Source of the DNA: Candidatus Rifleibacteriota bacterium
Lineage (GTDB): Bacteria > Muiribacteriota > Ozemobacteria > Ozemobacterales > Ozemobacteraceae
Direction of reading: 5' to 3'
DNA: 32,606 nucleotides
Assembly (NCBI GenBank): GCA_051747585.1
Contig: JBNJGH010000028.1
Location: 1-32,606 of the forward strand
Shown: positions 16,770 through 26,447 of the stretch, piece by piece
How the letters are laid out: every line of letters starts with the position of its first letter
How positions within the stretch are numbered: position 1 is the first letter of the stretch
Position numbers and translations under genes: made by a program
Notes under the pieces: model-generated
Told to the model about the DNA's origin: nothing
Database searches by the model: none
What the model saw: the letters and a program-made list of their open reading frames with translations, nothing else

Positions 16770-16955
16770 TCAGGCGTAAACGTCTATTCTTGTCCCTAGA
16801 GTTTTAACGGCAGGCTCGGGTTTGCGAGCCCTGCTACGTTGTCTTTGCTCATTTGGATCAAGTTTATCGTAAGATCGTGCCTGTTCATTTCTTTGTGGGT
16901 TGTGAGGTTCCCGGGCGTAAGCTTGTTGAACTCTTGAACTGGAAACTCTTTCCAT
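16770..16955 (-). CDS. 61-aa hydrophilic small protein with a YjfB-like C-terminus
   Basis: RBS AAGGTGG 7 nt before ATG; ends LGTRIDVYA, resembling the G-x-x-I-D-x-x-A termini of YjfB/putative motility proteins. Confidence 0.55.
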   Translation of the reverse strand: MERVSSSRVQQAYAREPHNPQRNEQARSYDKLDPNEQRQRSRARKPEPAVKTLGTRIDVYA

Positions 16956-16990
16956 AAATTCGCCACCTTATTATTATCTATACTATCAAT

Positions 16991-17166
16991 GAATACCACT
17001 AAGTTAAGGAGATATTTAAAGCACAGATAATTTATTCGTGCTCAGCGAAGCGGTGCTAGTAATCAGCGAGATCTTAATCGCAAAATCAATTTTTAAATCG
17101 ATTACGATTAGGATTACGATCACGAGCACGATTCGCAGATTTTTACTTCTTAACTTAGTGCCATTC
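16991..17166. mobile_element. 176-bp MITE with IS4-subgroup-like terminal inverted repeats
   Basis: 18-bp TIRs GAATACCACTAAGTTAAG (16991-17008) and CTTAACTTAGTGCCATTC (17149-17166), 16/18 identical; flanking direct repeats TATACTATCAAT (16979-16990) and TATACTATTAAT (17167-17178); no transposase ORF. Confidence 0.8.
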
Positions 17167-17303
17167 TATACTATTAATATAAAAATCTTTTGAGGAAAAA
17201 GCAAATTTTGCTGGTTTAGTAATTTTTAGTATTGCGCTATGATATTTGGCGAACCAATTTTGTAATGGGTTTAAAAGATGCCAATAAGAATCTGGAGGGT
17301 ATT

Positions 17304-19001
17304 ATGAATTTATATAATTCAAAGATAGATAAAGAAGTAGCAAAAGGTCTTAAGCTTACAGAAACTGAAGAGTGGAAAAAGCTGCAAGAGGATTTCAAAC
17401 AGGTAAATAACCTCGAAATGAAAGAGCTTTTTGCTCAGAACCCCGATAGATTTGCTGAATTTCATATAGAGTTTGAAGACTTTCTTATAGATTTTTCAAA
17501 ACATAGAATTACCAAAGATACTTTAAAGTATCTGCTTGATCTGGCAAAAGCTTCGGGGGTAAAAGAGGCGGCAAAAATGATGTTTTCGGGCGAACACATT
17601 AACTGGACAGAAGACCGTGCTGTTCTGCACTCTGCTTTGCGAAACTGCACGAATAAGCCTGTTTTTGTTGATGGTAAAGATGTAATGCCTCAGGTTTACA
17701 ATGTCCTGGAAAAAATGAAAAATTTCTGCCAAGACCTGCATGATGGCACCTGGAAAGGATACAGCGGCAAAAAAATTAAACATGTTGTTAATATAGGCAT
17801 TGGAGGGTCTGACCTCGGTCCGGCAATGATTACCGAAGCATTAAAGCATTATGCCCATGGACCCGAGGTTCATTTTGTGTCAAATGTTGATGGAACCGAT
17901 TTTGTCGAAAAATGTAAGGGCCTTTCTCCCGAAGAGACCTTGTTTATAATAGCTTCAAAAACTTTTACAACTCAGGAAACAATGACCAATGCCCTTACTG
18001 CAAGAAAATGGCTGTTAGAGGCTTCCGAAGATGAAGAATCCGTAGCGAAGCACTTTGTTGCTTTATCGACCAATAAAGAAGCGGTAGAGGCTTTTGGCAT
18101 TAATTCAGAAAACATGTTCGAATTCTGGAACTGGGTTGGAGGAAGATATTCTTCATGGTCTGCCATAGGTCTTTCCATTGCGGTTTCTATTGGTTTTGAA
18201 CGGTTTGAGGAACTACTGGAAGGTGCTCATGCTCTTGATAAACATTTTATTGAAGCTCCATTGGAAAAAAATGCACCTGTAATTATGGCGATGCTTGGTA
18301 TCTGGTACAATAATTTCTTTGAAGCAGAAACTAACGCTATTTTACCATACGATCAATACCTTCACAGATTTGCCGCTTATTTCCAACAGGGTGATATGGA
18401 AAGTAACGGCAAATATATTGATCGGGAGGGAAACCAGGTAGATTACCAGACCGGACCAATAATCTGGGGTGAACCGGGTACCAACGGCCAGCATGCTTTT
18501 TATCAGCTGATACACCAGGGAACAAAGCTTATTCCCACTGATTTTATTGGTTTTGTTAACTCGCTGAATCCGGTGGGCGATCATCATATAAAGCTGATGG
18601 CAAATTTCTTTGCACAAACCGAAGCTCTGATGAAGGGCAAGACGGAGCAAGAAGTAAGAACCGACCTGGAACAAACAGGGTTGTCGGAAGATCAGATAAA
18701 TAAACTTCTCCCTCATAAGGTTTTTAAAGGTAACCGGCCTTCAACCTCTATTTTGATCAAGAAATTAACACCTTACAACCTTGGTAAGCTTATCGCTCTT
18801 TATGAAATGAAAATCTTTGTCCAGGGTGTTGTATGGAGAATCAACAGTTTCGATCAATGGGGAGTCGAGCTGGGTAAAGTATTGGCAAAAACAATATTAA
18901 AAGAAGAAGCAGACCTGATTAAAGGTGAGCAGGTTGATCTTAGTCACCATGATTCTTCAACTGCCGGCCTTTTAAAACATTTTGCCAGAAATCAATTTTA
19001 A
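17304..19001 (+). CDS. pgi: Glucose-6-phosphate isomerase
   Basis: [71 protein letters not shown]. Start set at ATG 17304 after GGAGGG. Confidence 0.97.
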   Translation: MNLYNSKIDKEVAKGLKLTETEEWKKLQEDFKQVNNLEMKELFAQNPDRFAEFHIEFEDFLIDFSKHRITKDTLKYLLDLAKASGVKEAAKMMFSGEHINWTEDRAVLHSALRNCTNKPVFVDGKDVMPQVYNVLEKMKNFCQDLHDGTWKGYSGKKIKHVVNIGIGGSDLGPAMITEALKHYAHGPEVHFVSNVDGTDFVEKCKGLSPEETLFIIASKTFTTQETMTNALTARKWLLEASEDEESVAKHFVALSTNKEAVEAFGINSENMFEFWNWVGGRYSSWSAIGLSIAVSIGFERFEELLEGAHALDKHFIEAPLEKNAPVIMAMLGIWYNNFFEAETNAILPYDQYLHRFAAYFQQGDMESNGKYIDREGNQVDYQTGPIIWGEPGTNGQHAFYQLIHQGTKLIPTDFIGFVNSLNPVGDHHIKLMANFFAQTEALMKGKTEQEVRTDLEQTGLSEDQINKLLPHKVFKGNRPSTSILIKKLTPYNLGKLIALYEMKIFVQGVVWRINSFDQWGVELGKVLAKTILKEEADLIKGEQVDLSHHDSSTAGLLKHFARNQF

Positions 19002-19136
19002 GTGGATTAACTTCTGATTCTGTTTAGCCTTTAATAAAGAGGCTTGTGACTATAAATGCCAGTTCCTTGAAAATGTGCTATACTTTCAGGCTGGTTATTT
19101 TTGAAAATGCTAATTATTGCAGTTAAGGAGTAGTAA

Positions 19137-20030
19137 ATGCAAAAGATAGTTGCTGCAGCCGTACAGTTCTCGATTGAACCAATGGCAGTAGAAAGAAATA
19201 TGAATAGAGCCTATGAACTTATCTCTGAATGTCATAAAGCCTCTAAAGCCAATCTTATTGTTTTACCCGAAAGTGTGACTACCGGTTTTACCCCTAAGGG
19301 CAAGGCAGAAGACTTGTGGAATGTGGTAGATACAATTCCGGGCAAACAAACTGACAGAGTGGCAGCCTGGGCAAAGGAATTTAATTGTTATATTTGTTTT
19401 CCTACCTACGAGCGGGGTGACAAAAAAGGAGTCGTCTACAACAGCGCTGCATTGATAGGCCCAGAGGGCATAGTCGGAGTTTATCGCAAAACTCATCCGT
19501 TTCCTACTGAACGCCTTGAGGGTGGTGGCTGGACAACTCCCGGCTCTCAATCAGCCTGTTTTGATACACCAATTGGAAAAATCGGCATAGTGATCTGCTA
19601 TGATGGCGATTTTCCTGAATTGGCAAGAGTTACCGCTCTGAAAGGTGCTGAAGTTATTTGTCGGCCATCTGCGTTTATGCGCACTTACGATCACTGGGAA
19701 CTGACTAATAGAGCCCGTGCTTATGATAATCATGTTTACTGGGTTGCTACTAACAGTGTTGGACCGGATGCCAGCGGAGCTTATTTCTTTGGCTCTTCAA
19801 TGATAGTTCATCCATCAGGTGTAAAGCTTTCTCAGGCAAGATCCTGTGATGAGTATGTGTGGGCTTCGCTTGATCCTGATCCTATCAGAACTGTTATGCC
19901 GAATGCATCGGCACCTCAATGTTTCGATCATATCGAAGACCGCAATGTAACTTCCTATAGTGGCATTCTCGATCATGGAAAAAGTACTTTCGAACCTGCC
20001 AGAAGAATTCCTTACACACGTTGGAGATAA
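19137..20030 (+). CDS. Carbon-nitrogen hydrolase (nitrilase/amidase superfamily)
   Basis: Glu-Lys-Cys triad motifs VLPES, YRKTH, ICYDGDFPE; RBS AAGGAG. Confidence 0.92.
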   Translation: MQKIVAAAVQFSIEPMAVERNMNRAYELISECHKASKANLIVLPESVTTGFTPKGKAEDLWNVVDTIPGKQTDRVAAWAKEFNCYICFPTYERGDKKGVVYNSAALIGPEGIVGVYRKTHPFPTERLEGGGWTTPGSQSACFDTPIGKIGIVICYDGDFPELARVTALKGAEVICRPSAFMRTYDHWELTNRARAYDNHVYWVATNSVGPDASGAYFFGSSMIVHPSGVKLSQARSCDEYVWASLDPDPIRTVMPNASAPQCFDHIEDRNVTSYSGILDHGKSTFEPARRIPYTRWR

Positions 20031-20036
20031 TTTGAA

Positions 20037-21218
20037 ATGGGTCCTTTAGATGATATTGTGGTAATTGATTTGACAAGAGTGCTTGCCGGCCCATTTTGTA
20101 CAATGACTCTGGCTGACATGGGGGCAGAGGTAATAAAGATAGAAAGGCCCGAAACCGGTGATGATTCAAGGGCTTTCGGTCCACATCAAAACGGTGAAAG
20201 CGCTTATTTTATGAGCATCAACCGGGGTAAGAAAAGCCTTACTCTTAATCTGAAATCTAAACAGGGCAAAGATATTTTTCTTCGTTTAATTCAGAAAGCT
20301 GATGTATTGGTAGAAAATTTCAAGCCTGGCGTGATGAAAAAACTGGGACTTGATTATGAAAAGCTTGCTGAGGTTAATCCAAAATTGATCTATTGTGCCT
20401 CTTCAGGATTCGGACACAGCGGCCCTTATAGTAAAAGGCCTGCTTATGACCTGATCATTCAGGGTATGGGCGGACTTATGAGTATAACTGGTCCCGAGGC
20501 GAACAGTCCCACAAAGGTTGGCAGTTCGATTGCGGATATCTTTGCAGGAGTATTTTCTGCCATTGGTATTCTCGGGGCAATTCACAATAGAGAAAAAACG
20601 GGCAAAGGTCAGATGGTTGATGTAGCCATGCTAGATTGTATGGTTTCCATACTGGAGAATGCGGTAGCTCGCTATACCACCACCGGGCAAGATCCTGTGC
20701 CAATTGGTAACACACACCCTTCAATCGCTCCCTTTACTTCTGTAAAAACCTCAGATGGGTTTGTAAACATTGCTTGTGGTAATGATCTCTTATGGCAAAA
20801 CCTTTGTAAAGTTCTCGAAATACAAGAGCTTGCACAGGACGAGCGTTTTGTTACCAATCCTTTGCGATGCGAAAACATGGCTGAGCTGATCCCAATTTTA
20901 AGTGAAAAGATGGAAAAAAATTCTACCGATTTCTGGCTCAAGAAGCTTGAAGAAGCACATGTGCCAGCCGGTCCGATAAACAAAATCAGTGATGTATTAA
21001 AAGATCCGCAGGTCATTGCCCGTGATATGTTGGTAGAGCTTATGCACCCGGTTGCCGGAAAAGTCCAGGTGCCCGGTACTCCAATAAAATATTCTGAAAC
21101 AAAAAATGAAATAGACAAGGCTGCGCCAACTCTTGGGCAAAATAATAACGAAATTTTATCTGACTTGGGATATTCACATCGGGAAATTGAAAATCTTTTA
21201 AAAACAAAAGTGATTTAA
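20037..21218 (+). CDS. Family III CoA-transferase (CaiB/BaiF/Frc)
   Basis: DLTRVLAGPFCTMTLADMGAEVIKIE, NRGKKS, ADVLVENFKPG, catalytic Asp in IADIFAG, APTLGQ. Confidence 0.93.
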   Translation: MGPLDDIVVIDLTRVLAGPFCTMTLADMGAEVIKIERPETGDDSRAFGPHQNGESAYFMSINRGKKSLTLNLKSKQGKDIFLRLIQKADVLVENFKPGVMKKLGLDYEKLAEVNPKLIYCASSGFGHSGPYSKRPAYDLIIQGMGGLMSITGPEANSPTKVGSSIADIFAGVFSAIGILGAIHNREKTGKGQMVDVAMLDCMVSILENAVARYTTTGQDPVPIGNTHPSIAPFTSVKTSDGFVNIACGNDLLWQNLCKVLEIQELAQDERFVTNPLRCENMAELIPILSEKMEKNSTDFWLKKLEEAHVPAGPINKISDVLKDPQVIARDMLVELMHPVAGKVQVPGTPIKYSETKNEIDKAAPTLGQNNNEILSDLGYSHREIENLLKTKVI

Positions 21219-21231
21219 GTTTTTAAAGTTG

Positions 21232-21260
21232 TTGCAAAAGGCTGTGCTATCTGATAAAAT
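21232..21260 (+). promoter_or_regulatory. Sigma-70 promoter of tRNA-Pro
   Basis: TTGCAA-N17-TAAAAT with a TG extension, followed by a GC-rich discriminator (ACGCGCAGC). Confidence 0.7.
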
Positions 21261-21292
21261 ACGCGCAGCTTAGTTGCTTTTTAAGCAACAAT

Positions 21293-21365
21293 CGGGGCGT
21301 AGCGCAGTTGGTAGCGTACCGCAATGGGGTTGCGGTGGTCGCTGGTTCGAGTCCAGTCGCCCCGA
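21293..21365 (+). tRNA. tRNA-Pro (anticodon GGG), CCA not encoded
   Basis: Acceptor stem CGGGGCG/CGCCCCG, D-arm GCGC-AGTTGGTA-GCGT, anticodon arm CCGCA-ATGGGGT-TGCGG, T-arm GCTGG-TTCGAGT-CCAGT, discriminator A. Confidence 0.96.
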
Positions 21366-21368
21366 CGG

Positions 21369-21402
21369 AAAAGGGCTGTCACTATAGAGTGGCAGCCTTT
21401 TT
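21369..21402 (+). terminator. Intrinsic terminator after the tRNA
   Basis: AAAAGGGCTGTCACT-ATAG-AGTGGCAGCCTTTTT hairpin with a U tract. Confidence 0.8.
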
Positions 21403-21512
21403 GCTTTAAAGCAAAAAGTAAGTTGTAATATTCAGTAATACATTTTTTCTGGACAAAATTAACCATTAAGCCTATTATGACAAAAAATTAAATGGGCGAA
21501 AGGAGCTAATTA

Positions 21513-22697
21513 ATGAAGCATTCTGACGTAAAATTTGACACTGCCTGTATTCATGCCGGCCAGGAACCAGATAAACAATTTGGTGGGGTCAGTGTACCTA
21601 TTTATCAATCTTCGACCTTTGCTTTTGAAGATTCACAACAGGGAGCAGCAAGATTTTCGGGAAAAGATAACGGATATAAATATACCAGAATCGGCAACCC
21701 AACTACTGCTGCTCTTGAGAGTTCGCTGGCTGAACTTGAACATGGCAAGGCTGCTCTGGCTACGGCTACCGGTATGGCAGCAATTTCAACTATTTTTATG
21801 ACATTTCTCGGAGCCGGTAAACATGCGATTTCTACCGGTTCAGTTTATGGACCAACCAGAACTTTACTTGAAAAAGAACTGGTAAGGTTTGGGGTTCAGT
21901 CCAGCTTTGTCGACACTTCGAATCCGGAAAACATCAAGAATGCTTTAAAACCTGAAACAGCAGTTGTTTATATTGAAACACCGGCCAACCCGACTTTAAG
22001 TATTTCTGATATAAAAGCTTGTGCAGACGTAGCTCATGAAGCCGGTGCCATTCTTGTTGTAGATAATACATTTTGCAGCCCCTATCTGCAAAAGCCTCTC
22101 GATCTTGGAGCAGATATAGTTTTGCACAGCATGACCAAATTCGTTAACGGGCACAGTGACGTAGTAGCAGGTATGCTTGTAGGAAAAGATCCGGCTTTAG
22201 TGAAAAAAATGCATGGTGTTTTATGTCAGATGGGCGGAACAATTGATCCACATCAGGCATGGCTTGTTTTGCGTGGAGTCAAAACTCTCGCATTGAGAGT
22301 TAAAGCAGCCCAGGAAAATGCAGGAAAGCTGGCCGCAGAACTGGAAAAACATGAAAAAATTGAATGGGTTAAATATCCGGGGTTACCTTCTCACCCTCAA
22401 CATGAACTTGCAAAGAAGCAAATGTCGGGATTCGGCGCAATGATTTCTTTTGGTTTAAAAGGCGGCGTTGAAGCAGGAAGTAAAGTTATGGATTCAGTAG
22501 GTGTTTGTACTCTGGCCGTTTCGCTGGGTGGCATTGAATCTCTTATTCAGCATCCAGCCAGCATGACTCACGCAGGCCTTACCCCGGAAGCCCGCAAACA
22601 GGCCGGAATTGGTGATGGACTTGTCAGGCTGTCAGTTGGTTGCGAAGATTACGAAGATATTAAAGCTGATATTTGGCAGGCATTAGATAAAATTTAG
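21513..22697 (+). CDS. PLP-dependent trans-sulfuration lyase (methionine gamma-lyase / cystathionine gamma-lyase family)
   Basis: PIYQSSTF, YTRIGNPT, IETPANP, VVDNTF, PLP-Lys HSMTKFVNGHSD, SLGGIESLIQHPASMTH, RLSVG.E; RBS AAGGAG. Confidence 0.92.
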   Translation: MKHSDVKFDTACIHAGQEPDKQFGGVSVPIYQSSTFAFEDSQQGAARFSGKDNGYKYTRIGNPTTAALESSLAELEHGKAALATATGMAAISTIFMTFLGAGKHAISTGSVYGPTRTLLEKELVRFGVQSSFVDTSNPENIKNALKPETAVVYIETPANPTLSISDIKACADVAHEAGAILVVDNTFCSPYLQKPLDLGADIVLHSMTKFVNGHSDVVAGMLVGKDPALVKKMHGVLCQMGGTIDPHQAWLVLRGVKTLALRVKAAQENAGKLAAELEKHEKIEWVKYPGLPSHPQHELAKKQMSGFGAMISFGLKGGVEAGSKVMDSVGVCTLAVSLGGIESLIQHPASMTHAGLTPEARKQAGIGDGLVRLSVGCEDYEDIKADIWQALDKI

Positions 22698-22722
22698 CTC
22701 CAGATAGTATTTAAAAAATACT

Positions 22723-22762
22723 AAAAAAACTCCCGGTTTCTAAATGAAGCCGGGAGTTTTTT
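22723..22762. terminator. Intrinsic terminator hairpin
   Basis: AAAAAAACTCCCGGTTTC-TAAAT-GAAGCCGGGAGTTTTTT. Confidence 0.8.
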
Positions 22763-22785
22763 ATAGTCTAAATCTGGAGACAAAT

Positions 22786-22822
22786 AAAAAAGCGCAACCT
22801 CTGCTGAGGCTGCGCTTTTTTT
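22786..22822. terminator. Second intrinsic terminator hairpin (pilC side)
   Basis: AAAAAAGCGCAACCTC-TGCT-GAGGCTGCGCTTTTTTT. Confidence 0.8.
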
Positions 22823-22836
22823 CTTTTCGTTTTATA

Positions 22837-24042
22837 TCAGGTTGCGTTAACCAGTTTAAGCATAGGCATAAACACGGCAAGAACGATTCCGCCGATAACG
22901 ATACCCATGAAAACGATAACGAGCGGTTCGATGATCGAGGTTAAACCTTTAACTGCAGTGTCTACTTCTGAGTCATAGAAATCTGCAATTTTTGAAAGCA
23001 TTTTATCAAGCTCACCGGTTTCTTCTCCGACCGCAATCATTTGCACAACCATGGGCGGAAAAACTCCGGAGGTTTTAAGAGGGTCAGCGATTGATTCACC
23101 TTCACGAATTGAAACACGAGTTTTGTCAACCGCTTCGGCAATAACCACATTACCTGCTGTCTGGGCCGTAACTTCGAGGGCCTGAAGAATAGGAACACCT
23201 GAGGCAATTAGAGTCCCAAGCGTTCTGGTGAATTTGGCAACCGCAACTTTTCTCATCATCATACCAATTGCGGGCATTCGTAGAATGTTGGTGTCAAAAA
23301 TCCTTGAGCCGGTTTTAGTTTGAAAAAAGTTATAAAGGAGAATTGGCACCGCAAACATGGCAGGAATAATAATAAACCACCAGGCAACCATAAAGTCTGA
23401 AGTTGCCAGAAGCATTTTGGTTACAGTAGGCAATTCGACATTCATACCCAGAAAAATTTCTTTGAACTGTGGCAGAACAAACATAACCAGGGCGATAACA
23501 ACAAGGATCGCGATACCGAAAACAACTACCGGATAGGTAAGTGCACCCTTTACTTTTCCTTTAAGTTCTTCTGAATTTTCAAGGTAGTCGGCAAGTCTTT
23601 CGAGAATCTGGTCTAAAATACCGCCGATTTCGCCAGCTTTAACCAGAGAACAGAAAAGATCACTGAAAATCTTAGGATGCTTTTCCAGAGCTTTTGAAAA
23701 AGTAGAACCACTTTCTACATCACTTCTGATCTGAGAAATAACTTTTTTGAAAGTAGGGTTTTCAGCCTGTGCCTGAAGAATCGTCAGACATCTTACAAGT
23801 GGAACACCTGAACCGATCATAGTTGCAAACTGACGAGCAAAAATACTTACTTCCGAAGAAGAAACACCTCTTTGAAAGATTGAAAGCTGTATGCCTCCAG
23901 AACCTTTTTTTTCTTTTATACTGGTTACAAAATAACCTTTTTCACGCAACTTGGCGATACATACTTCTTTGCTTTCGCCTTCCATATCAGCGGAAACAAT
24001 CTTTCCATCCCAGTTTCGCGCTTTGTAGGTGAAGGTTGCCAT
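22837..24042 (-). CDS. pilC: Type IV pilus inner-membrane platform protein (PilC/GspF)
   Basis: MATFTYKAR, FARQFATMIGSGVPL, AGEIGG.LD.IL.RLADY.E, ALTYP, FTRTLGTLIASGVPIL, MIAVGEETGELD.ML, IEP; RBS AAGGAGG. Confidence 0.93.
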   Translation of the reverse strand: MATFTYKARNWDGKIVSADMEGESKEVCIAKLREKGYFVTSIKEKKGSGGIQLSIFQRGVSSSEVSIFARQFATMIGSGVPLVRCLTILQAQAENPTFKKVISQIRSDVESGSTFSKALEKHPKIFSDLFCSLVKAGEIGGILDQILERLADYLENSEELKGKVKGALTYPVVVFGIAILVVIALVMFVLPQFKEIFLGMNVELPTVTKMLLATSDFMVAWWFIIIPAMFAVPILLYNFFQTKTGSRIFDTNILRMPAIGMMMRKVAVAKFTRTLGTLIASGVPILQALEVTAQTAGNVVIAEAVDKTRVSIREGESIADPLKTSGVFPPMVVQMIAVGEETGELDKMLSKIADFYDSEVDTAVKGLTSIIEPLVIVFMGIVIGGIVLAVFMPMLKLVNAT

Positions 24043-24245
24043 TAATAACCCTCCTTAGAATGACTGGCTGTTAAAGGGAAAATAATACTAAATTCCAGCT
24101 AAAATAAACAACATTTTACTAACTATATTATAAAACGAATCGGATTGCATCCGCAAATTATTAATCTTTATGTAAAAAAAATATGAAATTTTGTTGATGC
24201 TTCTCTTTTCTGGACATAGCAAAAAACCTAATGTAGCATATTCCC

Positions 24246-26417
24246 ATGAAAATTCTGGTATTTGCGGAAAAGCCTTCGGTAGGTCGAGATATTGCAAGAA
24301 TTCTTAAGGCTTCCTCTAGGGGGCGCGGTTTCCTTGAGGGTAATGGCTACATAGTTACCTGGGGATTCGGTCATTTAGTTTGTCTGGCTACTCCCGAGGC
24401 ACAGAACCCTTCGTGGAAAAGATGGTCGTTAGATACGTTACCAATGTTGCCCGAAACCTGGAATCTGGCTGTAATACCTTCTGCCAGAGAACAATTTGAA
24501 ATGGTTGCTGAACTTATGAATCGGGAAGATGTTGGTGAAATTGTTAATGCAGCTGATGCCGGTAGAGAAGGGGAGCTAATTTTCAGACTGGTTTATCAAC
24601 ATTCAAAATGTAAAAAGCCGTTCAAAAGACTGTGGATCTCGAGTATGACGGATGAGGCAATAAAAGCCGGTTTTGAAAAACTGCAACCGGGCGAAAAATA
24701 CAATGATCTGGCCATGGCGGCCCAGGGAAGAAGTCGGGCTGACTGGCTTGTAGGAATGAATTTTACCAGAGCCTACACTAAAAAATTTAGAGAAATGCTA
24801 ACCCTGGGTAGGGTACAGACGCCGACTTTGGCCCTTGTTGTTGAAAGACACCTTGAAATAATAAACTTTGTTGCAAAAGATTATTGGGAAATTTCTGCTG
24901 ATTTTGGTGACTTCAGTGCTTTATGGTTTAATCCTGACGAAAAAGAAAATCCAACCAGAATTGATGAGCATGAGCATGCGCAAAAGCTTTCCGACAAGCT
25001 CCCAGGATGCACAGCCAAAGTAAAATCGGTAAAAAAGACAAAAAAGAAACAACAACCTCCATATTTGTATGACTTAACAACTTTGCAGCGCGATGCCAAC
25101 AGTCGCTATGGAATGACTGCAGCTCAAAGTCTTTCGGTATTGCAAACTCTTTATGAGAAGAAAAAAGTCGTAACCTATCCAAGAACCGACAGTCGGTTTC
25201 TTTCCAATGATATATTTCCTACTATTAATAAGCGGCTTGCTTCGCTTCCGGGGCAGTATAATGAGTATCTCGAATACCTCAGAGATAACAGGCCTAAAAA
25301 AAATAAAAGGGTATTTAATGATAAAAAGGTTTCCGATCATCATGCGGTTATTCCGACCGAGAAAAAGGTTGTAGACACTTCGAGCTGGACAAGGCAGGAA
25401 CAGAATATTTATGACCTGGTAGTTAGAAGGTTTCTTGCTGTTTTTTATCCGGACCACCAGTATTTGTCTACCAGAATTATAATGCAGGCCGATAAAGAAC
25501 AATTTAAAACTACCGGTAAAGTGGTTACCGAAGAGGGCTGGCGTTGTCTTTACCCCTCGCGTAAAAGCAAAAATACTGAAAAAGACAGCAAAAGTCAGAA
25601 AAAAGCTAATGATAAAGATGAAAATGAACAATCTTTGCCTGATCTAAAAAAGGGCGATGAGCGCGTAATTCAGCAAGCAGAGCTCTTGAGCAAAAAAACC
25701 AAACCACCTTCTGCTTATACTGAATCGACTCTTTTGCAGGCAATGGAAACCGCAGGAAAACTGGTAGAAGATGAAGAGTTGAAAGAAGCCATGAAAGACT
25801 GTGGCCTGGGAACCCCGGCTACCAGAGCAGAAATAATTGAAAAACTCATTAGAGTCGGTTATATGGTTAGAGACAAAAAGAAACTTGTTCCCACAGAAAA
25901 GGGTATGCACCTCATTGGTCTTGCGGAAGCAGAAATCAAGAGCCCCGAATTAACCGGTAACTGGGAAAAACGTCTGGCCGAAATTGCTCGCGGAAAAGAC
26001 AGCGAAGAAGATTTTATTAAAGACATAAGTAATTTTATTGTTAATAATATTGCCAGAATTAAGCAGGCAAGGGTTGGGGCAAAAAATCCGGTAAGAGCAA
26101 CAAAGAAGAAAAGTCTTGACGCCATTTTGGCAAGTAAGCCTTCTTTTGGCGATTGTCCCGTATGTGGTGAAGGTAAAATCATAGAGGGCAAAAAGGGCTT
26201 TGGATGCAGCAGATTTCGGGAAGGTTGCCATTACGTTGTCTGGAAGGTTTTTTATGACAAAAAGCTCAGTCAAAAAGCTATCGATCAATTGATCGAAGGC
26301 AAGACAACCAGAACATTGAAGGGGTTCAAGCTTGAAGATGGGCGAAAAGTTGCAGGAAAAGTTGCAATGAACAAAGAAAAAGGTATTATTGAATTACTTA
26401 TAGAGGAAGAAAAATAG
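24246..26417 (+). CDS. topB: DNA topoisomerase III (type IA)
   Basis: AEKPSVG, DAGREGELIF, RLWISS, DWLVGMNFTR, GRVQTPTL, catalytic TYPRTDS, DHHAVIPT, GLGTPATRA, SPELTG.WE, C-terminal Zn ribbon CPVC...C...C. Confidence 0.93.
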   Translation: MKILVFAEKPSVGRDIARILKASSRGRGFLEGNGYIVTWGFGHLVCLATPEAQNPSWKRWSLDTLPMLPETWNLAVIPSAREQFEMVAELMNREDVGEIVNAADAGREGELIFRLVYQHSKCKKPFKRLWISSMTDEAIKAGFEKLQPGEKYNDLAMAAQGRSRADWLVGMNFTRAYTKKFREMLTLGRVQTPTLALVVERHLEIINFVAKDYWEISADFGDFSALWFNPDEKENPTRIDEHEHAQKLSDKLPGCTAKVKSVKKTKKKQQPPYLYDLTTLQRDANSRYGMTAAQSLSVLQTLYEKKKVVTYPRTDSRFLSNDIFPTINKRLASLPGQYNEYLEYLRDNRPKKNKRVFNDKKVSDHHAVIPTEKKVVDTSSWTRQEQNIYDLVVRRFLAVFYPDHQYLSTRIIMQADKEQFKTTGKVVTEEGWRCLYPSRKSKNTEKDSKSQKKANDKDENEQSLPDLKKGDERVIQQAELLSKKTKPPSAYTESTLLQAMETAGKLVEDEELKEAMKDCGLGTPATRAEIIEKLIRVGYMVRDKKKLVPTEKGMHLIGLAEAEIKSPELTGNWEKRLAEIARGKDSEEDFIKDISNFIVNNIARIKQARVGAKNPVRATKKKSLDAILASKPSFGDCPVCGEGKIIEGKKGFGCSRFREGCHYVVWKVFYDKKLSQKAIDQLIEGKTTRTLKGFKLEDGRKVAGKVAMNKEKGIIELLIEEEK

Positions 26418-26447
26418 CTTTTTAAAATTTCTTCAAAAGAATAATAC

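Noticed and set aside
21293..21420. tRNA-Pro as an integration site for an island or prophage
   Set aside because: No integrase, no duplicated tRNA 3' end seen, and housekeeping genes on both sides.
22698..22779. 8-bp inverted repeat CTCCAGAT/ATCTGGAG enclosing the first terminator, as a possible mini-element
   Set aside because: Too short, no target duplication, and compatible with chance.
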